A stretch of DNA of 64,000 nucleotides from assembly GCA_964016885.1 (NCBI GenBank), contig OZ024754.1, positions 27,900,001-27,964,000 on the forward strand, read 5' to 3'. The stretch is from Eledone cirrhosa (taxonomy: Eukaryota). Position numbers and translations under genes: made by a program. Under the pieces are notes generated by a model. The model saw only the letters and a program-made list of their open reading frames with translations. It made no database searches and was not told the origin of the DNA. This document shows, one piece after another, positions 59,125-64,000 of this stretch (within the stretch, counting starts at the first letter, position 1; every line of letters starts with the position of its first letter).

Positions 59125-59425
59125 TTTTGGAGGTTGACTTTGCCTTTCATCCTTACGGGGTCGATAAAATAAAGTACCAGTAATGCACTGGGTAATTGCT
59201 GGCCTTGTGCCTAAAGTAGAAACAATTATTTCTTTTGGATTGGCAGTATTGGTAGAGGGTCGGACCCCATGCTTTGACGCATAGAGTTACGGTCCTTGCC
59301 ATTCTGAGTTCAAATCCCGCCGAGGTTTACTTTGCCTTTCATCCTTACGGAATCGATAAAATAAAGTACCAGTAATGCACTGGTTAATTGCTGGCCTTGT
59401 GCCAAAAGTAGAAACAATTATTTCT
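59125..59425 (+). mobile_element. SINE (second family) preceded by a duplicated 3' half
   Basis: actttgcctttcatccttacgg...gtaccagtaatgcactgg...gtagaaacaattatt occurs twice; B box ctgagttcaaatccc. Confidence 0.7.
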
Positions 59426-59774
59426 TTAATTCTGCGCATTCTTGTTAGCGGTAATTTTTAATATAATTTTGTTCAGCCTCATCAAATATTTGTTTTATAT
59501 CAGTGTTAGATTGGTTTCAGTTGTTTGTGTTATTGTTAAGGTTGTTGTAGTTGTTTTGTTTGTTTTTGCTGTTGTTCTTCAGCATAGAACATACCTCACA
59601 ATATATAAAGAATGAACATTTCCAAGTACTTATATCAATACTGTTTTCAAAGGACCACCTAATGATACGTGGAGACGCATGGCCTTGCAAACAACAAATT
59701 AACCCTTTCGTTATAAATTTCCCAAATATCACCAACTTTTAAAATTGTCTTAAGATAGTTTAACCCTTTTGTGG

Positions 59775-60030
59775 GGTCGCGTTGTGTAGTAGTAAGTGTG
59801 TTGGATTTATGATCATAATGTCATGGGTTCGATTCCTGGGCTCGGTTGTGTGTTGTGTTCTGGAGCAAAACACTTCATTTCACGTTGCTCCAGTATACTC
59901 AGTTGTAGCTGGGTGTTTAACTCTGCTATGGACTGGCGTCATGTCCAGTGGGGAGTCTTGTACTCTCACTCACTTCACGCCAAGAAACCGTGATAAGCAC
60001 TGGCCTGACAAGTTTCCTGGCTTAAGACGG
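59775..60030 (+). mobile_element. tRNA-derived SINE (first family)
   Basis: gggttcgattcc B box, ggagcaaaacacttcatttcacgttgctccag. Confidence 0.6.
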
Positions 60031-60565
60031 ACTTTAGAGTTAGACCTAATGATACGAAGTTATTTTATCTGTGACAAAAGTATCACTAAATTCCATGCCA
60101 TTCGCTGTTTATATATATATGCTTCTGGGCGGCGTGAATATGCTTCTGGGCGGCGTGATTTCATGTTTCCAGCACAGGACTATCCAATTTTAATCCTATG
60201 ACTGTTAAAAATCTGGCGTTCTCTTTGTCCTAAGGGAAAGTGTGTATCTATGAGAGCTAAAAACCAATTCCTATATCAGTTTTGACATTCAAGGAGAAAA
60301 GAGGAGTACCAGAGTTCAGATCTATTCCAACGATTTTGTTTTCTTATTGGTATTAGGGGAGTGGTCCAGAGAGTAGGATATATTTTTTGAGAAGCCACTA
60401 TTACTTAAGGCTGTATTATAATACGGGCTGCCCTATCGAGGATAGCTTGGTTGAAAGAGAGGTCAGACATCAGTTTGATAATATTCTTAACTAGACTTTG
60501 GAAGAATATAGAGAGATGGCAAGAGCTCTTATGTACCTAGAGTTTTTATTAGGGTTACGGAAGGG

Positions 60566-60725
60566 TTTTAACAGCTAGTTCCAGTCTCGAACTAGCTGTT
60601 GAAATGGCAAAAGCTCAGCCGTCGGGTCCCGACTTTTTATAATGTAGCCATATTCTACTACCCCAAGTATAGATTACTCTGTTGAGTAATGATCTAACTA
60701 GTTTTAAGCTGGTTCTATCCTGTTA
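60566..60725 (-). mobile_element. Diverged family HP subfamily copy
   Basis: aacagctagttc-cagtctc-gaactagctgtt hairpin, gctcagccgtcgggtcccg, ttctactaccccaagta. Confidence 0.6.
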
Positions 60726-60959
60726 TATATATGTATATATAAATGTACGATATTCTAATACCATTAGCACTTCCATTTCAACAAATTGATGTGTATCTAA
60801 TGTATGTTTCAGGTAATACTAACGCAAAACTCTTCTATATAACAATAGAAAGCTTTTGATAAAAATGTTTGAAATTATTTCTTGTTATCTGTTTATTTTT
60901 AAACTTTTCTCACTTAGGTTATGTTATGTTGTTTTGTTGTTTATATCAGGAAAAATGAA

Positions 60960-60989
60960 AATAACAACAACAATAATAATAATAATAAC

Positions 60990-61060
<71 letters not shown>

Positions 61061-61095
61061 CAATAACAACAATAATAATAACAACAATGATAATA
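60960..61095. repeat. (AAT)n microsatellite
   Basis: Direct reading. Confidence 0.95.
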
Positions 61096-61429
61096 ATATC
61101 AAAACAACAACAATGATATGACACTCAACAAACATACACTCTACAAGATTAATACCTAATAAAATAACGCAGCTTACATTACACAAACCACACACAACAG
61201 AACACAACAATACACAAGAAACGGTAAGCATCGTGAGATATTCAGGGGGACCCTATACTTCCCATTACATAATACACACACACCCTAGGAACACATTGGT
61301 GCAGCCGAAATGTGTCTGAAGATATCGATGATTGTTTCTACGTTAGGCACAAGACCAGCAATTTGAAGGGAAGGTGGTGAGTGTCGATTAAATCGACCCC
61401 AGTGGCGGTGACGACGACGATGAAGACAG

Positions 61430-61553
<124 letters not shown>

Positions 61554-62428
61554 ATATATATCTGACTTTGAAAATTATGCGTTGTTATCTGAAAATGGAA
61601 AATGGAAAAAAACATCTACAACTAATTCTTATTTAATATAATGATATCAATTTATGGAGAAATCGTATTCGATATCAATTTAAAAGGTATATGATGTGTT
61701 TCGGGCAAGCAGAAATAGTAGTATGATGTCGGATTAAATGCATTATATTGAATTTAATTATACATTAGATTTAACTGTTTAAAAGCATATGTAATGTTCA
61801 CTACATTAACACAAGGTAAAATTGGATGTGCATTAATAGTAAAAACGTTATTTGTTGACAAAAAAATATAATTCTTTTTATTGGTGTATATGATTGTGTT
61901 GAAGTGTTTCGCCTGAAGTATAGACTTAACGTTACTTGTCGAAGTATTGATAGTGGTTAACGTTCCGTCGGTTTCGACGGTGAGCATTCATTTGTTTAAT
62001 CAAGTGAACGTACAAATCGTGAAGTAACATGTAAGTTGTGTTTTCTAATAGACATAATTTTACAGTACTCAATTTTCAAATATTCACCCCAGTGTTAAGT
62101 TTTCCATTGAATAATTACCAGTAAAATACTGAGATCAATTCAATTATTTACATATTCACTTCCATTTTTGTCCACGTAAAAGATCCTTCATTGGTGTAGT
62201 TTGATGAATGATGAATCTGCTACATGTTTGCACGACCTACTTGTAGTAGCACCTACATAGCCATCCAATCACACTCTACAGACTTCAGAATACCAAAGCA
62301 GACAGGACAACGTAGCCTAGGATAAACTAAATTGGGTGCTGACATGCGACAAAACAACAATAATTATAATTAACTATGTATGATATGAAACAGAAACAAA
62401 CTAAGCATTGTCCTGCCCTCGACTCTAG

Positions 62429-62541
<113 letters not shown>

Positions 62542-62661
62542 AATATATATATATATATACTGTATATATACTGTATATATTATATATATATATATATACA
62601 CAGTATATATATATACACACACTCATAATAATAATAATAATACCATATTCCAGAGCATACT

Positions 62662-62845
62662 TATTGGCAGTATCGGTGGAGGGTCGGACGCCATGCTTTG
62701 CAGCACAGTTACGTCCCCTTTACGGACTGAGTTCAAATCCCGCCGAGGTTAACTTTGCCTTTCATCCTTACGGGGTCGATAAAATAAAGTACCAGTAATA
62801 CACTGGGTAATTGCTGGCCTTGTGCCAAAAGTAGAAACAATTATT
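62662..62845 (+). mobile_element. SINE (second family), close to the 59240 copy
   Basis: ttggcagtatcggt...ctgagttcaaatcccgccgaggttaactttgcctttcatcc. Confidence 0.7.
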
Positions 62846-63280
62846 ATAGAAACATCAATAATTATATTTTGTAAAACATATGACAGAGCAGAAAATCATC
62901 AGAACACAAAGTTATTACTTACATTACTAAGGATTATTTTTATGGTTCAATCAGATAATGTCAACTAATTTTACAAACAGAAGTTCTACAACGATGGAAA
63001 TATTTTTTTGTTTTAAATAAAAACAAAATTAAGTAATGTAAAACCTATACAGCGGTTTCCAACCATAAAGAAAAATGATATTTATTACAATAGTTAGAAT
63101 GAAGAAGATAATTGACAGATAAAAGACAAAGATTTCCATCAGTAGGTTTGTCATTTTAGTGTTAGAAAATATAAGCAATCCATTCCGAGTTCAGTTAAAA
63201 ATTGGCTCGTATGTGTTTTGAAGCGAAGCTTGTAACGTCTGGCTGGAATACTGTGATTCTGTGTAAATCTCTATCTACTT

Positions 63281-63329
<49 letters not shown>

Positions 63330-64000
63330 TTATATATATATAATGTGTGTGTGTATATGCGTGTGTGTGAATATGTGTGCATGTGCGTGTATTTGTGATT
63401 GTATGTGCGTATGTGTGCGTTATGAGTGCGCTTGTGTGTAAATGAGCCTTCTCATCAAAGCGGTTTAAGGAAATTATGCTAGCATTGGCTTTTTCCATTG
63501 TTAACACTACTATCTGCTTAAGATGCACACTCTAGGATCAACCGAACCGGATAATTTGTTGTGAACGGAACATCGGCCACGATGCTTTTCGTCCGATCAC
63601 ACATCATATAATGCTACAGTGAACAGGCTATTTTTTCCGTAAACTTCAACAAATAACAATTTGACTCAGTGAAGAGAAAAATAAAGGTTAAGATGAAAGG
63701 TGAAATATCAAACAATGAAAATTCTCTCTAATCGATTAATAAATTAATCGACTTCTAAAGCATAAAACCATTGCAGCCATTGAACTCTTCTCAATAAATT
63801 TTGTTGTGTTTATTTCATTTTAATAAATTTGTTTGTTGGGCGTCGTTAAACATCGCAAACTATTGTAATAGATATTTACAAAACTATACACACTACAAAC
63901 ACTGAGACAGACATATATGCACAGAGAGGCATATATATGTGTATAAAATTAATGCATACCCACACACACATACACACACACACACACACACACGCACACA

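Overview
AT-rich, microsatellite-saturated eukaryotic DNA. It is most likely a mollusc, probably an octopus-type coleoid cephalopod, inferred from composition and SINE style and not proven. No host gene can be called confidently, and most ORFs in the track are translations of (TA)n, (CA)n, (GA)n or (AAT)n. Recognisable mobile elements: a near full-length RTE LINE (181-3473) and a 5'-truncated sister copy, an R4/Dong-type REL retrotransposon in (TAA)n, a CR1-group LINE with a 640-aa open RT frame, an internally deleted Helitron with both termini intact, a mariner remnant, several Penelope-like (PLE) GIY-YIG/RT fragments and many tRNA-type SINEs. The main signal outside the ORF track is about 17 type I hammerhead ribozyme (HHR) motifs from about 10 sequence families. 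Most have a palindromic stem III, and they sit in fold-back or tandem elements inserted in (TA)n. Examples are a non-coding 466-bp tandem-plus-inverted unit resembling a retrozyme, an HHR with a ~115-nt stem II, a ~113-bp HHR-only insert and core variants. A second unexplained family is a ~195-bp (TA)n-inserted element ending in a ~57-bp hairpin whose arms co-vary (10 copies). All structures were read by eye, coordinates may be off by a few bases, and ribozyme activity is untested.
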